A DNA stretch of 64,000 nt from an uncultured delta proteobacterium (GCA_963787125.1 CAWBBV010000007.1:96001-160000); one strand, 5' to 3'. Positions 19,064 through 29,051 are shown, counted from the stretch's first letter. Notes: generated by a model not told the origin, from the letters alone. Made by a program: numbers and translations.

Positions 19064-19606
19064 ATGTCAGTTCGGCTGACCAGATCCGAAGCAGGATTTA
19101 CCTATATTGCGGCGCTCTTCGCGGTCGTGGTGATGGGTATCATGCTCGGAGTTACCGGTCAGAGCATGCGGGTCATAATGCAGCGCGAAAACGAGAAGGA
19201 ACTTATTTTTCGCGGCCTGCAGTACCGGGATGCGATTGAAAGCTGGACGAGGAAAGGCGCAATGCCGCTTCTCGACATCAAGTATCTTATAAAGGATCCA
19301 CGTTCTGCAACTGGCGCCAAATATCTGCGCCAGCTTTATAAGGACCCTTTTACCGGTAAGGATTTCAAACTGATTATAGATCCGAATACCAAGGAGATTC
19401 AGGGGGTTGCCAGCACCAGCAGCCAAGAGCCTTTTAAGGTTGGAAACTTCCCTGATGTTATCGCTGCCTTTGCAGAGAAAAAGAAATACAGTGACTGGGA
19501 GTTTGTCTATAAGCGGCCGGTCCGGTCAGCAACCGGCGCACCGCCGGCTAATCAACAGCAGCAGCAGCAAATATCTCTTCCGCTCTCTTCCCCCGAGTCT
19601 CTCTGA
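19064..19606 (+). CDS. Orphan type II secretion-type pseudopilin
   Basis: EAG|FTYIAALFAVVVMG prepilin motif lacking Glu5; EKELIFRG, YLRQLYKDP and YSDWEF; starts on the base after the transketolase stop. Confidence 0.8.
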   Translation: MSVRLTRSEAGFTYIAALFAVVVMGIMLGVTGQSMRVIMQRENEKELIFRGLQYRDAIESWTRKGAMPLLDIKYLIKDPRSATGAKYLRQLYKDPFTGKDFKLIIDPNTKEIQGVASTSSQEPFKVGNFPDVIAAFAEKKKYSDWEFVYKRPVRSATGAPPANQQQQQQISLPLSSPESL

Positions 19607-19664
19607 ACCTGTCAGGGGAACTACTTAACTCGGGGTCTCACTTGGTAGATATTACGGAGTCGGG

Positions 19665-21161
19665 TTGTTATTTAAAAGTCTGACATCGAAGGTGATTGTT
19701 ATCTCCATCGCCCTTCTTGCCTTTGGTATAAGCGTTTTTGCGCTTCTAAATCTGAGGCGTGAACGTGCCCAGTTGATAACTTCGGCACGAGAAGGCTCTG
19801 AACTCCTTATCCAGACAATTGAACGCAGCATCTACAACTCCATGAGGATCGGGAATACAGAAGAAACCCAGTCAATTCTGGAAATGGTGGCCCAAAGTCA
19901 AAAGCTTCTGGCGGTGAGAATATTTCACCCCCACGGAGCAGTGCTTAAATCTTCCCACCCAAGTGAGATCGGTAAGCCGGTTAATAATGACGATTACCAG
20001 CTTTATCTGAACAACAGATACGAAGGGATCACTTATGCAGATCAGCATGGTGAGGTTCTTCGGATGATCAAGCCGATTTACAATACTGATCAATGTCACA
20101 CCTGTCATGGCCATAAAACCAAGGTTATCGGTGTCCTTGACGTCAATTATTCTTTGGCCGAGACTAAAAAGAGAATGTTTGAAGTTACTCAGTTGTTCGT
20201 CTTTTCAACCATTGCGACAATCGCCTTTCTTTCGATCTCCATTGCGTTTGTCATGTTTCGTCTTGTCAGGTCACCACTGAACGGGATGATCGAAAAGATG
20301 GCAAAAGTAGAAGGAGGAGATCTTTCCGTCAGGATTGCTCATGCTCCCAAAGACGAAATCGGACGTCTTACAAACAGTTTTAACTCAATGATTGATCGAC
20401 TCGATAAGGCCAAGAAGGAGTTGGACATTTATCACTTTAACCAGATGGAGCGGGCTGACAGGCTTGCTTCAATCGGTGAGATGGCTGCCGGTATTGCTCA
20501 CGAGATTAAGAATCCGCTGACAGGAATTGCCTCTGCAATAACTATAATCAACGATGATTTCCCCCCGTCTGATCCGCGAAAAGAGATTCTTGGTGAAGTG
20601 CTGGAGCAGGTTAAACGTATGGACAAAACGGTAAATGATCTGCTTTTTTTCGGGAAACCGACGGAACCGGAGCCTGTTTGTACCGACTTGAATTCTGTTC
20701 TGCGTAAGACCCTTATTTTTGCTTCTCAGCATCGAGGCAGCAAGGGTGGTCTGATTGAAAAGGTACTGGATCTGCAGGAGGATATCCCGCCCGTATATGT
20801 AGACCCGAAGCAGACTCAGCAGGTTTTTCTGAACCTTATCCTGAATGCAATTCAGGCGATGCAGAGTGGCGGTGTCCTCACCATAAAAACTGCGTTGATG
20901 CACGAAGGTGAAAAGAAATGGGTAACTGTAAGTATTGCCGATACGGGGCAAGGAATCCCTGAACAGATTCTCGGCAAGATTTTTACGCCTTTTTTTACAA
21001 CAAAAGCTCAAGGCACAGGTTTAGGCCTGGCTATCTGTCACAAACTGGTTGCTCAGCAAGGCGGAAACATCAGGGTTGAGAGTGAAGGCGGCAAGGGGAC
21101 GGTGTTCTACATCGATCTGCTGGCTACTTCTACTGAAGAACACACTGATCCTGTTGCATAA
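19665..21161 (+). CDS. Sensor histidine kinase with periplasmic c-heme motif and HAMP domain
   Basis: Two TM helices flanking CHTCH (20094-20108); HAMP (DEIGRL); AHEIKNPL; N, G1, F and G2 boxes. Confidence 0.92.
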   Translation: MLFKSLTSKVIVISIALLAFGISVFALLNLRRERAQLITSAREGSELLIQTIERSIYNSMRIGNTEETQSILEMVAQSQKLLAVRIFHPHGAVLKSSHPSEIGKPVNNDDYQLYLNNRYEGITYADQHGEVLRMIKPIYNTDQCHTCHGHKTKVIGVLDVNYSLAETKKRMFEVTQLFVFSTIATIAFLSISIAFVMFRLVRSPLNGMIEKMAKVEGGDLSVRIAHAPKDEIGRLTNSFNSMIDRLDKAKKELDIYHFNQMERADRLASIGEMAAGIAHEIKNPLTGIASAITIINDDFPPSDPRKEILGEVLEQVKRMDKTVNDLLFFGKPTEPEPVCTDLNSVLRKTLIFASQHRGSKGGLIEKVLDLQEDIPPVYVDPKQTQQVFLNLILNAIQAMQSGGVLTIKTALMHEGEKKWVTVSIADTGQGIPEQILGKIFTPFFTTKAQGTGLGLAICHKLVAQQGGNIRVESEGGKGTVFYIDLLATSTEEHTDPVA

Positions 21162-21184
21162 TTCGTAATAAGTAAGGGGTTAAC

Positions 21185-22558
21185 ATGAGGAAAATTAAAA
21201 TCCTGGTTGTTGATGATGAGCATCTTATCCGCTGGTCGCTGGAACAGAACCTCAAAAAACAGGGGTATGAGGTTCTTACTGCAGGGAGTGGCGAGGATGC
21301 CTTAAGAATAGTCAGGGAAGACCAGCCAGATCTTATTCTACTTGATATTCAGCTCCCGGGGATCAGCGGTCTTGAGGTCCTTGAGAAAGTTAAGGAGCTT
21401 GACGAAGATATTATCGTTATCATGGTTACTGCTCATGGCGGACTTGAAACTGCAGTTACTGCCATGAGAATAGGGGCTTACGATTATCTGAATAAACCAT
21501 TTAATCTTGACGAAATGGCAATAGTTATCAGAAAGGCACTGGAAACATCCGAACTGCGCCGAGAAGTTGCCTGCCTCAGAAGTGAACATAAAAAGGTCGG
21601 TGCGCCTAACATTATCGGTTCAAGTCAATGCATGCAAAATATCCTTTCTATGATGGAGAAGGTTGCAAGGAGTGAAGCGGCAACAGTCTTGATCCAGGGG
21701 GAATCCGGAACCGGTAAGGAACTCGTAGCAAAGTGGATTCACTACAAATCGAGCCGTGCTGACAAACCGTTTATGGCCATCAACTGCGCCGCAGTACCGG
21801 CAACTTTGCTTGAGAGTGAACTATTCGGTCATGAAAAAGGTGCTTTTACCGATGCAAAAGCCACGAAAAAAGGCCTTTTCGAGTTGGCTGATGGTGGGAC
21901 TGTGTTTCTTGACGAAATTGGCGACATGGAGATGGGAATGCAGGCCAAGCTGCTCCGTTTTCTTGAAGATCGTACCTTTCGCAGAATAGGGGGGGCTAAA
22001 GTAAGTTCGGTAGATGTCAGGATTATCTCTGCAACCAATAAAGATTTGATTAAAGCAATCGAGTCTAAAGATTTCAGAAACGATCTTTACTACCGTCTTC
22101 AAGTGATCCCGATATTCCTGCCACCTCTTAGGGAGCGGCGTGAAGATATTCTCTCTCTGGCCAAACATTTTATCGAAACCTACAAGCGGGAGTTTGCAAA
22201 GCAGGTCAGCGGGATATCTCCGCAGGCGGAAAGGCTTATGGTTGACTACAACTGGCCGGGAAATATCCGCGAACTTAAAAACGTGATTGAGAGAGCCATC
22301 ATTCTCGGCAATGAAGAAATGCTTGCCGTTGACCATCTGCCGACCGAAATAACGTCGCGCATCGCCACTGCGGCGGTTACCGCACTGGTTACCTTCAAGC
22401 TCCCTCCTGAAGGGATTGATATTGAAGAAGTCGAAAAGGAATTGATCAGGCAGTCTCTGGAAAACAACGACTGGAATCAGTCAAAAGCGGCCAAAAAGCT
22501 GAATCTGGGAGTTGATGCTTTTCGCTACAGAATGAAAAAATTCGGATTTTTAAAATAA
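21185..22558 (+). CDS. Sigma54-dependent response regulator (NtrC family)
   Basis: Receiver domain; GESGTGKE; ESELFGHEKGAFTDA; WPGNIREL; Fis-type HTH. Confidence 0.95.
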   Translation: MRKIKILVVDDEHLIRWSLEQNLKKQGYEVLTAGSGEDALRIVREDQPDLILLDIQLPGISGLEVLEKVKELDEDIIVIMVTAHGGLETAVTAMRIGAYDYLNKPFNLDEMAIVIRKALETSELRREVACLRSEHKKVGAPNIIGSSQCMQNILSMMEKVARSEAATVLIQGESGTGKELVAKWIHYKSSRADKPFMAINCAAVPATLLESELFGHEKGAFTDAKATKKGLFELADGGTVFLDEIGDMEMGMQAKLLRFLEDRTFRRIGGAKVSSVDVRIISATNKDLIKAIESKDFRNDLYYRLQVIPIFLPPLRERREDILSLAKHFIETYKREFAKQVSGISPQAERLMVDYNWPGNIRELKNVIERAIILGNEEMLAVDHLPTEITSRIATAAVTALVTFKLPPEGIDIEEVEKELIRQSLENNDWNQSKAAKKLNLGVDAFRYRMKKFGFLK

Positions 22559-22744
22559 ATAAGTAAAAATAGAGAACATAACCAGTAAATAGAAGCTCCT
22601 CTGATACTCATGTAATAACGAGCAACTATAAGTTTGATGGCATCCTTTCACCTGATATCCTGCTGCCGAAGCATCCGTTCAATAAGGCTGTTTCGGCAGC
22701 TACTCACCTAAACCGTGACTTCTTTGATTGCTTCTCCATTTAGT

Positions 22745-22760
22745 GGGCACTGATGTTGCA
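22745..22760 (+). promoter_or_regulatory. Sigma54 (-24/-12) promoter
   Basis: GGGCAC-TGATG-TTGCA with exact GG-N10-GC spacing, 83 nt before the NHL gene and just downstream of a sigma54 activator gene. Confidence 0.8.
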
Positions 22761-22842
22761 GTATATGTGATAACCGAGAGGCGTTCAGGAACTCCCTGAA
22801 AAAGAAAATCTAGACATCTCCATTAAACGCGGAGGCTTTCAT

Positions 22843-25791
22843 ATGGTATCCAGTACAACAAGGAAGATAATTTCGCTCGCCATCTCGCTGCTGCTCGTGG
22901 TTATTTCACTGACAGGCGTAGCGCTAGGAGCGACTGCACCGACTGTTACGCAGCTGTCGAGGTATACTCCCGGCTTTGCAGGTGCTCCCGGAAAGATGGC
23001 ACGTGACGCTGCCAACAACTTTTACGTCACTGATTTCTGGGGTAAAGGGATTGTCAAGCTGGACAGGTCGGGAGCCAAGGTTGGTTTCATTGCCACGGTT
23101 GGTCGTCCGTCAGCTGTCGCAGTGCTTCCGGACAACAGGCTGGTGGTGGCTATGACTGCACCGAAGGCTTATGTAGCTTTTTATTCACAACTCGGTTCGG
23201 CTCCGAATATTACAGGTGTAGAAGAGACTGCCCAAAATGGTGGTAAAACGTTTGGCACATCAACTACTCCTTATTACCGTCCGTCTGGTATCACAGTGGA
23301 TGCTGCTGGTTACATTTACGTAGTAGACGCCGGTGACAGCTCTGCGTCAACAACTGTCAATGTTGCCAAGGTAAGGGTTTACGATAGTCTCGGTGTCTTC
23401 AAGAGTGAATTCGGAACACGTACCGCCCCTGGTGGTGTATCGACCGTTAGCGGAGAATTTCAGCAGCCGCAGGGAATTGGTTATGACAAGATAAACAACC
23501 AGATTGTAGTTGCCGACACCATGAATTCAAGGCTTCAGTTTTTCAATGCTTACAGCCAGGGGCTGACCTATCTGTCCAGTATGGGGCTGGCAATCACTAA
23601 TGGGACAAGCGGAGCAGCGACGATTGATGCCGCCGCCCATTTCGGCGATCCTACTGATGTATCTTTTGAGTATAACGGCGCCAGTCTTTACCGGATGTAT
23701 GTGGCTGAGAGAAGTAGAAACGAAATAGCAGTTATTGATATGGAGACAGGTGCAACAAAGGGTTATGACCGTATGCGTATTAACGGGACAAATGTAGCCA
23801 CTGTCGGGCTTAAATACCCTTCAGGAGTTATTTTTGAAAAAACGGCTGCCGGCGGTGTATTGTATGCCAGCAGTGCCGCAACTACTTATCAAACGATTGC
23901 TCCCGTCACCATAACGCCAATCAATGCGAATGTGGCAGCCCTTGGTATTGGGGTTGGTGCGGGTGTCCCCGTACCTTCAATTGCTCTTGCAATCACCCCT
24001 GCAGTACCTCCGACAGTTTCATCGTCAGCGCTTACGGTTACCGGTACGGTTTCACCGGCTAACGCGGTTGCCTGTAGTGTAAACGGCGGCACCGATGTCG
24101 TTGCGACAGGCAGTTGGAGCGCAGCTCTCACACTGGTTTCGGGCAAAAACTACATCCTCTGTAAGAGTACGGATGCAAGCGGAGTCACTACCTTCGCCGA
24201 AGCCTACACTACAAACATTGCTACTCCAGTGCCAGGGCCTACGATTTTAATTACAACACCATCGGCATACACAAACAGCCCATCAATTACCGTAAGTGGC
24301 ACATCTGATACTGCTAATGCAAATGTTCAGCTGGTAAACAGCGCTAACGGTTTAACGGTCTCGACACTGACAGATGCAAGCAAAAAATGGAGTGTTGTTG
24401 TGACTCTTGCTGAAGCTAGCAATCTTATCACCGTTACTGCCTGGACAGCAGGTTCGACTGTGAGTAATCCGGCAACTGTTACGGTAACTGCTGACTTTAC
24501 CAATCCTGCTCTTGCTATCTCTTTCCTGAGTAACGGCAAAACAACTAACAGTGCTGTTCAAAATCTTGCCGGTATAGTTACCGAGGTGAATTTGAAGAGC
24601 ATCGAAGTTAATGGTGTTCCTCTTCTGGATGCTGCTCTGGTTAAATCGGGGAGCAAAACATATTTCTCCGTTCCGATTACCCTGATTCGTGGAACGAACG
24701 TTGTCAGTGTCAAGGCAACAGACCTGGCCGGTAATATTGGGACCGCGACTACAGGGTCGGTAACTCTGAACCCTGAGATCCCGGGCCTTGCAGTTGCCAT
24801 CCCTGCCGACAACTCCTATATGGCTCTACCCAGTTCATCTACCCCTGCGAACGGTTCAGTCGATCCAGTGTTCACCACAATTACTATCCCCGGGTCAGTA
24901 CTTACTCCGGCATCAGGTTTGTGGAGCGGCACATTCACAACTACCGCAGGCTTTAATACCTATGAGTTCAAGTCGTCAGGCGGTAGTACGGAAGTAGCAG
25001 TCAAGAGAACCATCGATGCCACGACCGGCAGTGCTCAGCTTGCTATAACTTCTCCAGCTGCCGATCTTGCAGTTAATATCCCTGCCATAACTATTTCAGG
25101 CTTTGTTGCGGCGAACAGTCCCACCGCTCCAACAATTTCATTAGATGAAAAAACTGCAGTAACAGTATCAACATACACGCAGGGCACAGGTGCTTTCAGT
25201 CATTCGTTTGTGCTTGGTGCCGGGCCGCATTATGTGAAGGTGATCGCCAGCAACGGTACAACTGCTGTGCGTAATATACTGTATGATGCATCGTTGCCTG
25301 AACTGACGCTGCAAGCTGACTCAAAGCTTGCGCCGACAACACTTTCCGGCGCGATCGGCCTTAGCGACAAGATTGTATCGATTACTGCGTCTCTTGGAAC
25401 ACCTGTGATTCCATTTACAATACCGATTAATAAGATGACCTTTGACCCATACGTGCAGAATTCAAGCTCAATAGTTTGGCATGCTAATCTGAACGGTTAC
25501 GCTTATGATACAATTACAGTCACTGTCGAAAGCCCTTCCGGTCAGCAAAAACCGCTTACTCGTGCTGCAGGGATTCCGACAGGTGATATCGATGGTGATG
25601 GTGTGGTAAGGCTTTCAGATGCACTTGCTGCCCTTAGGCATGTTGCCGGTACCGAGGTTCTCACAGGTCAACCTTTGTTCCGAGGGGATGTCGGCGTTCT
25701 GGTTGAAGGTCATGCTGGTCAGGACGGAGTTGTTGATATTTCAGATGCGGTTCTTATTCTTAATAAATCATACGGTCTGCTGACTTTCTAA
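22843..25791 (+). CDS. Secreted NHL-repeat beta-propeller, tandem Ig-like domains and C-terminal dockerin-like domain
   Basis: Signal peptide; NHL blades (RPSGITVDAAGYIYVVD, FQQPQGIGYD...IVVADTMNSRLQ); Thr/Ser/Val-rich Ig-like repeats (GTNVVSVKATDLAGN); GDIDGDGVVRLSDA...DGVVDISDAVLIL. Confidence 0.85.
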   Translation: MVSSTTRKIISLAISLLLVVISLTGVALGATAPTVTQLSRYTPGFAGAPGKMARDAANNFYVTDFWGKGIVKLDRSGAKVGFIATVGRPSAVAVLPDNRLVVAMTAPKAYVAFYSQLGSAPNITGVEETAQNGGKTFGTSTTPYYRPSGITVDAAGYIYVVDAGDSSASTTVNVAKVRVYDSLGVFKSEFGTRTAPGGVSTVSGEFQQPQGIGYDKINNQIVVADTMNSRLQFFNAYSQGLTYLSSMGLAITNGTSGAATIDAAAHFGDPTDVSFEYNGASLYRMYVAERSRNEIAVIDMETGATKGYDRMRINGTNVATVGLKYPSGVIFEKTAAGGVLYASSAATTYQTIAPVTITPINANVAALGIGVGAGVPVPSIALAITPAVPPTVSSSALTVTGTVSPANAVACSVNGGTDVVATGSWSAALTLVSGKNYILCKSTDASGVTTFAEAYTTNIATPVPGPTILITTPSAYTNSPSITVSGTSDTANANVQLVNSANGLTVSTLTDASKKWSVVVTLAEASNLITVTAWTAGSTVSNPATVTVTADFTNPALAISFLSNGKTTNSAVQNLAGIVTEVNLKSIEVNGVPLLDAALVKSGSKTYFSVPITLIRGTNVVSVKATDLAGNIGTATTGSVTLNPEIPGLAVAIPADNSYMALPSSSTPANGSVDPVFTTITIPGSVLTPASGLWSGTFTTTAGFNTYEFKSSGGSTEVAVKRTIDATTGSAQLAITSPAADLAVNIPAITISGFVAANSPTAPTISLDEKTAVTVSTYTQGTGAFSHSFVLGAGPHYVKVIASNGTTAVRNILYDASLPELTLQADSKLAPTTLSGAIGLSDKIVSITASLGTPVIPFTIPINKMTFDPYVQNSSSIVWHANLNGYAYDTITVTVESPSGQQKPLTRAAGIPTGDIDGDGVVRLSDALAALRHVAGTEVLTGQPLFRGDVGVLVEGHAGQDGVVDISDAVLILNKSYGLLTF

Positions 25792-25858
25792 TGTCAGAAT
25801 GCTTGCTTGGTACTAAAAACTTTAATCATTTTCTTATAAGCTGTGTTAGGAGTGTACT

Positions 25859-28800
25859 ATGAACAGGTCATTTATCGTAGCAGTACTAACGGTGACAATG
25901 ATTATCATGATGTCTGCTGCGGGGCATGCGATTACACAACCGCATAATTTTTACTGTGACAATTGCCACGGGAAAACTTTAGGCGGCGATGCTAAAGCAG
26001 CTTCTAACCGCTGTATAGCCTGTCATACTACAATGGGCGAAGCTTCCCGGATGCCGATTGAAGCTGGAGACATGTCTAACTACTTCGGCTCAGCTGTTGA
26101 TCAGCCTTCGTCCGGTTCACGAAGTACCCATACATGGGGGGCAACTGCTCCTTATAACCCAAGGGCTTTTGTTCAGGAACCAATTAATACCACTCTAAAC
26201 TCTGGTTATGGTGGTACCACTTTTGTTAACGGCATTTCATGTGCCAGGTGCCATAATGCCAAGGCAACTTTTAACAATTCACCCGGTGTCAATAAGCCGT
26301 TCCTGCGTGTAACGAATGTTAACGACGCAATGTGTCTTGATTGTCACAGGGCAAGACAGACTACTTCACACACCACTGGCTCCCACCCGGTAAATTATCG
26401 GTCATATTCTGCAGCTTATAAATCAAACACCACTGCTTTCAGAAGAACTCCACTAAGCGCTAATTCAAGAAACAAAACTGCAATGCTCGGTAGTTATCTC
26501 ACGACAAGTGGCAAAATAGTCTGTAGTACCTGCCATGCACCTCACTATGCCGACTCAAGCAGCGCAACCCTTGACAATAGAAGTACTGCTAACGGTTTTG
26601 CACAATATTCTGTTTCGACCGGGCTTAAAAACCAGTTTCAGAATTCAAAGGGTCAGCTCTTAAGAACAGATCCACTCGGTGCATCTGCTGCATCTATAAA
26701 CGTTTGTTCAAGTTGCCACAAAGAGACAAAGAACATAAACCATAATGGCAAGGGGCAGAATGTTCAGTGCGATCACTGCCATGGCGCTCACGTCGACTAC
26801 ACTGGTGACACAAGTCTTCCAAACCTTTATCTTGTGAGAAGGGATTTCTCAAATATTTCCATATCAACAGGTAAATTGGCTGCTGGTAAAAAAGCTATTT
26901 ACAATACTGCCACATCGCTCAGTTTCAAAAGAGCCGATGGTAATGGTATCTGTCAGGTATGCCATGCTCCCCCAGCAGGTGGTGTTCATGAGCAGGTTGT
27001 TACCAGAAAAGCTGATTGTATGGAATGCCATAAGCACTCAAATGGCTTCTCGGCAGCTAGCTGTACATCTTGCCATGGTCAGCCTCCTATGACTAGTTAT
27101 ATTGGCGGGCCTAATGGCAAAGCGTCACAGTCCTATGGTCTTGATGAAAGTTTAACTCCGCACTCTACCCATGCTGATCCGGCTTATTATCACTTTGCAT
27201 GTAAGAACTGCCATTATGACGGCACATTGGCCGGCAGCCACAATACCCTGCAGTCTACAGGTACTGCGACCTTCCAGAGTGTGTTTATTAACACTACCGG
27301 TTCAATCGGTTCCCATGCCGGCTTCAAAAACGTTCCGGCTAACTACGATGCCACCAGCAGAACATGCTCTAGTGTCTATTGTCACAGTAATGGTAATCCC
27401 CGTAACGGAACAATCGCTTGGAAATCGTCTACACCTTCTTGGGAGTACGGTAAAAACAAGATCCTCGGACAGGCAACAGAGTGCACAACATGTCATGATA
27501 GCGGTCCTACTCTTAATACCAATGCTCACTATAAGCACGTAACGACAAATAAATTTGGTTGCAATGTCTGCCACGCTGCGACTGTCAATAGTGCGGGCGC
27601 AATTTCAGACCGTACAAAGCATTCAAATGGCGAAAAGGATATTTCCTTCATTACTCGGCCACCCAACTACCAGAGCGTTTTCTCTGCAACATTTAACCCC
27701 GCAGTTGGTGCAGCTACTTGCGTCAACTCTTGCCACACAAATGGTTTTGGCGTAAGTCCGACTACACCCGCCAAGTGGACTGATGCATCTACCGGAGCAT
27801 GTGGTACTTGCCACGCTTCTGTCCCCGTAACAAACCTTCACAGCTTCCATTTTTATAGTTCGATTGGCCCTAAACTTGGGACAAGCTCAACAATATGCTC
27901 AAATTGCCACTCTTACAGTCCTGGCGCCACTACTCATGCGAACGGGGTAGTTGACCTTAAATCACCAACTGCTCCGTGTGCTCCTTGTCACCCTGGGACT
28001 ACACCAAGTTTTACAGTTGGCTCTAAGGTAACGTGCGAGTCCTGCCATACTGGGACGGCTTCTATAGTCGGAGCTGCTACTGCTCCGCTGAAAGACTTAA
28101 ACAAAACTGTCGGTCACGGCAAGTATTCTTCTGCTCAGTTTTCCGGAAAATATGTAACCTGTACAACATGTCATAACGCTTCTGCTCCGCATATCGGCGC
28201 TGGCACAGCTGAAAAGCGCCTGCTGATTGCCGGTAACGGACTGTGCAACAGTTGCCACACTACTGCAGCCGGTAAAATTGTGAATACTGCAAGGCTTGAC
28301 TTGCCAGCGCATAGCGGTTTCAGTCACTACACTACAACCGCTGATGGGCGTGCAAGTGACTGCGCAGGCTGTCACGATACTCATGGTACGACAAATCTAT
28401 TCAGCATCAGAACAGTCATTAACGGTAAGCCGGTTGTTCATAGTGCTGCATCGCCTATTTTCTTCGAGTCGACACCTGATGCTAACGGCAGATACAACGG
28501 CCTTTGTCAGGTCTGCCACACTAAAACTAAATATTTCAGAAATGATGCTCCTATTCCACTACCAACTTCTCATTCAAATTCGCATAACTGTCTGGGTTGC
28601 CACAAGCACAATGGTTTGAATGTCACATTTGCTTTCCAACCTAATGGCAGCTGCGACACTTGTCACGGTTATCCGCCGGTAAGAAATATGGCTGGTCTAG
28701 GGACTCTTGGTAACTATACTAATGCTAAGTTCCAGGATTATTCAGGTGGTGGCGGTGCTCATAGCGTAGTTGGCCACATTCCGAAGACGATCAACAAGTC

Positions 28801-29011
28801 CGGTCTCTCGGCGAACTGTACTAACTGCCACAATGACTTCAACAATAGTCACAATCAGGGTAGTACACCGGTCAAGAAGAGCTTCGTTAACGTAGTAGTT
28901 AACCCGAAATTCAAGTTCAATAATGCGACTTCGATTACTTACAACGCAAATTCCTGTTCTAACGTAAGTTGTCACTTCAAACCGTCACCTAACTGGACTA
29001 CCGGCCTCTAA
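25859..29011 (+). CDS. Secreted multiheme c-type cytochrome, 27 heme motifs (24 CXXCH, 1 CX3CH, 2 CX4CH)
   Basis: Motifs counted by hand; Sec signal (AGHA|I), no lipobox; Geobacter CxxxxCH/CxxCH repeat style. Confidence 0.93.
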   Translation: MNRSFIVAVLTVTMIIMMSAAGHAITQPHNFYCDNCHGKTLGGDAKAASNRCIACHTTMGEASRMPIEAGDMSNYFGSAVDQPSSGSRSTHTWGATAPYNPRAFVQEPINTTLNSGYGGTTFVNGISCARCHNAKATFNNSPGVNKPFLRVTNVNDAMCLDCHRARQTTSHTTGSHPVNYRSYSAAYKSNTTAFRRTPLSANSRNKTAMLGSYLTTSGKIVCSTCHAPHYADSSSATLDNRSTANGFAQYSVSTGLKNQFQNSKGQLLRTDPLGASAASINVCSSCHKETKNINHNGKGQNVQCDHCHGAHVDYTGDTSLPNLYLVRRDFSNISISTGKLAAGKKAIYNTATSLSFKRADGNGICQVCHAPPAGGVHEQVVTRKADCMECHKHSNGFSAASCTSCHGQPPMTSYIGGPNGKASQSYGLDESLTPHSTHADPAYYHFACKNCHYDGTLAGSHNTLQSTGTATFQSVFINTTGSIGSHAGFKNVPANYDATSRTCSSVYCHSNGNPRNGTIAWKSSTPSWEYGKNKILGQATECTTCHDSGPTLNTNAHYKHVTTNKFGCNVCHAATVNSAGAISDRTKHSNGEKDISFITRPPNYQSVFSATFNPAVGAATCVNSCHTNGFGVSPTTPAKWTDASTGACGTCHASVPVTNLHSFHFYSSIGPKLGTSSTICSNCHSYSPGATTHANGVVDLKSPTAPCAPCHPGTTPSFTVGSKVTCESCHTGTASIVGAATAPLKDLNKTVGHGKYSSAQFSGKYVTCTTCHNASAPHIGAGTAEKRLLIAGNGLCNSCHTTAAGKIVNTARLDLPAHSGFSHYTTTADGRASDCAGCHDTHGTTNLFSIRTVINGKPVVHSAASPIFFESTPDANGRYNGLCQVCHTKTKYFRNDAPIPLPTSHSNSHNCLGCHKHNGLNVTFAFQPNGSCDTCHGYPPVRNMAGLGTLGNYTNAKFQDYSGGGGAHSVVGHIPKTINKSGLSANCTNCHNDFNNSHNQGSTPVKKSFVNVVVNPKFKFNNATSITYNANSCSNVSCHFKPSPNWTTGL

Positions 29012-29019
29012 TTGACTCT

Positions 29020-29051
29020 GCAGGTGGCTTCCCTGGAAGCCACCTGCTTTT
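29020..29051 (+). terminator. Terminator or stabilising hairpin between the two cytochrome genes
   Basis: GCAGGTGGCTTCC-CT-GGAAGCCACCTGC-TTTT. Confidence 0.75.

Noticed and set aside
19553..19570. CAG/CAA run encoding six glutamines
   Set aside because: Short, in frame, and within a disordered tail.
21839..21856. GAFTDA instead of GAFTGA in the activator, suggesting sigma54 independence
   Set aside because: This is a common variant, and a good sigma54 promoter lies directly downstream.
22761..22842. Possible cyclic-dinucleotide (GEMM-I) riboswitch upstream of the cytochrome genes
   Set aside because: The leader is short and lacks the two-stem GEMM pattern; only a small TTCAGG/CCTGAA hairpin is present.
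25859..29011. About 19 N-X-S/T sequons in the 27-heme cytochrome as evidence of N-glycosylation
   Set aside because: The protein is very rich in Asn, Ser and Thr, so this count is roughly what composition predicts; no PglB/STT3 WWDYG-type motif was seen in the window.
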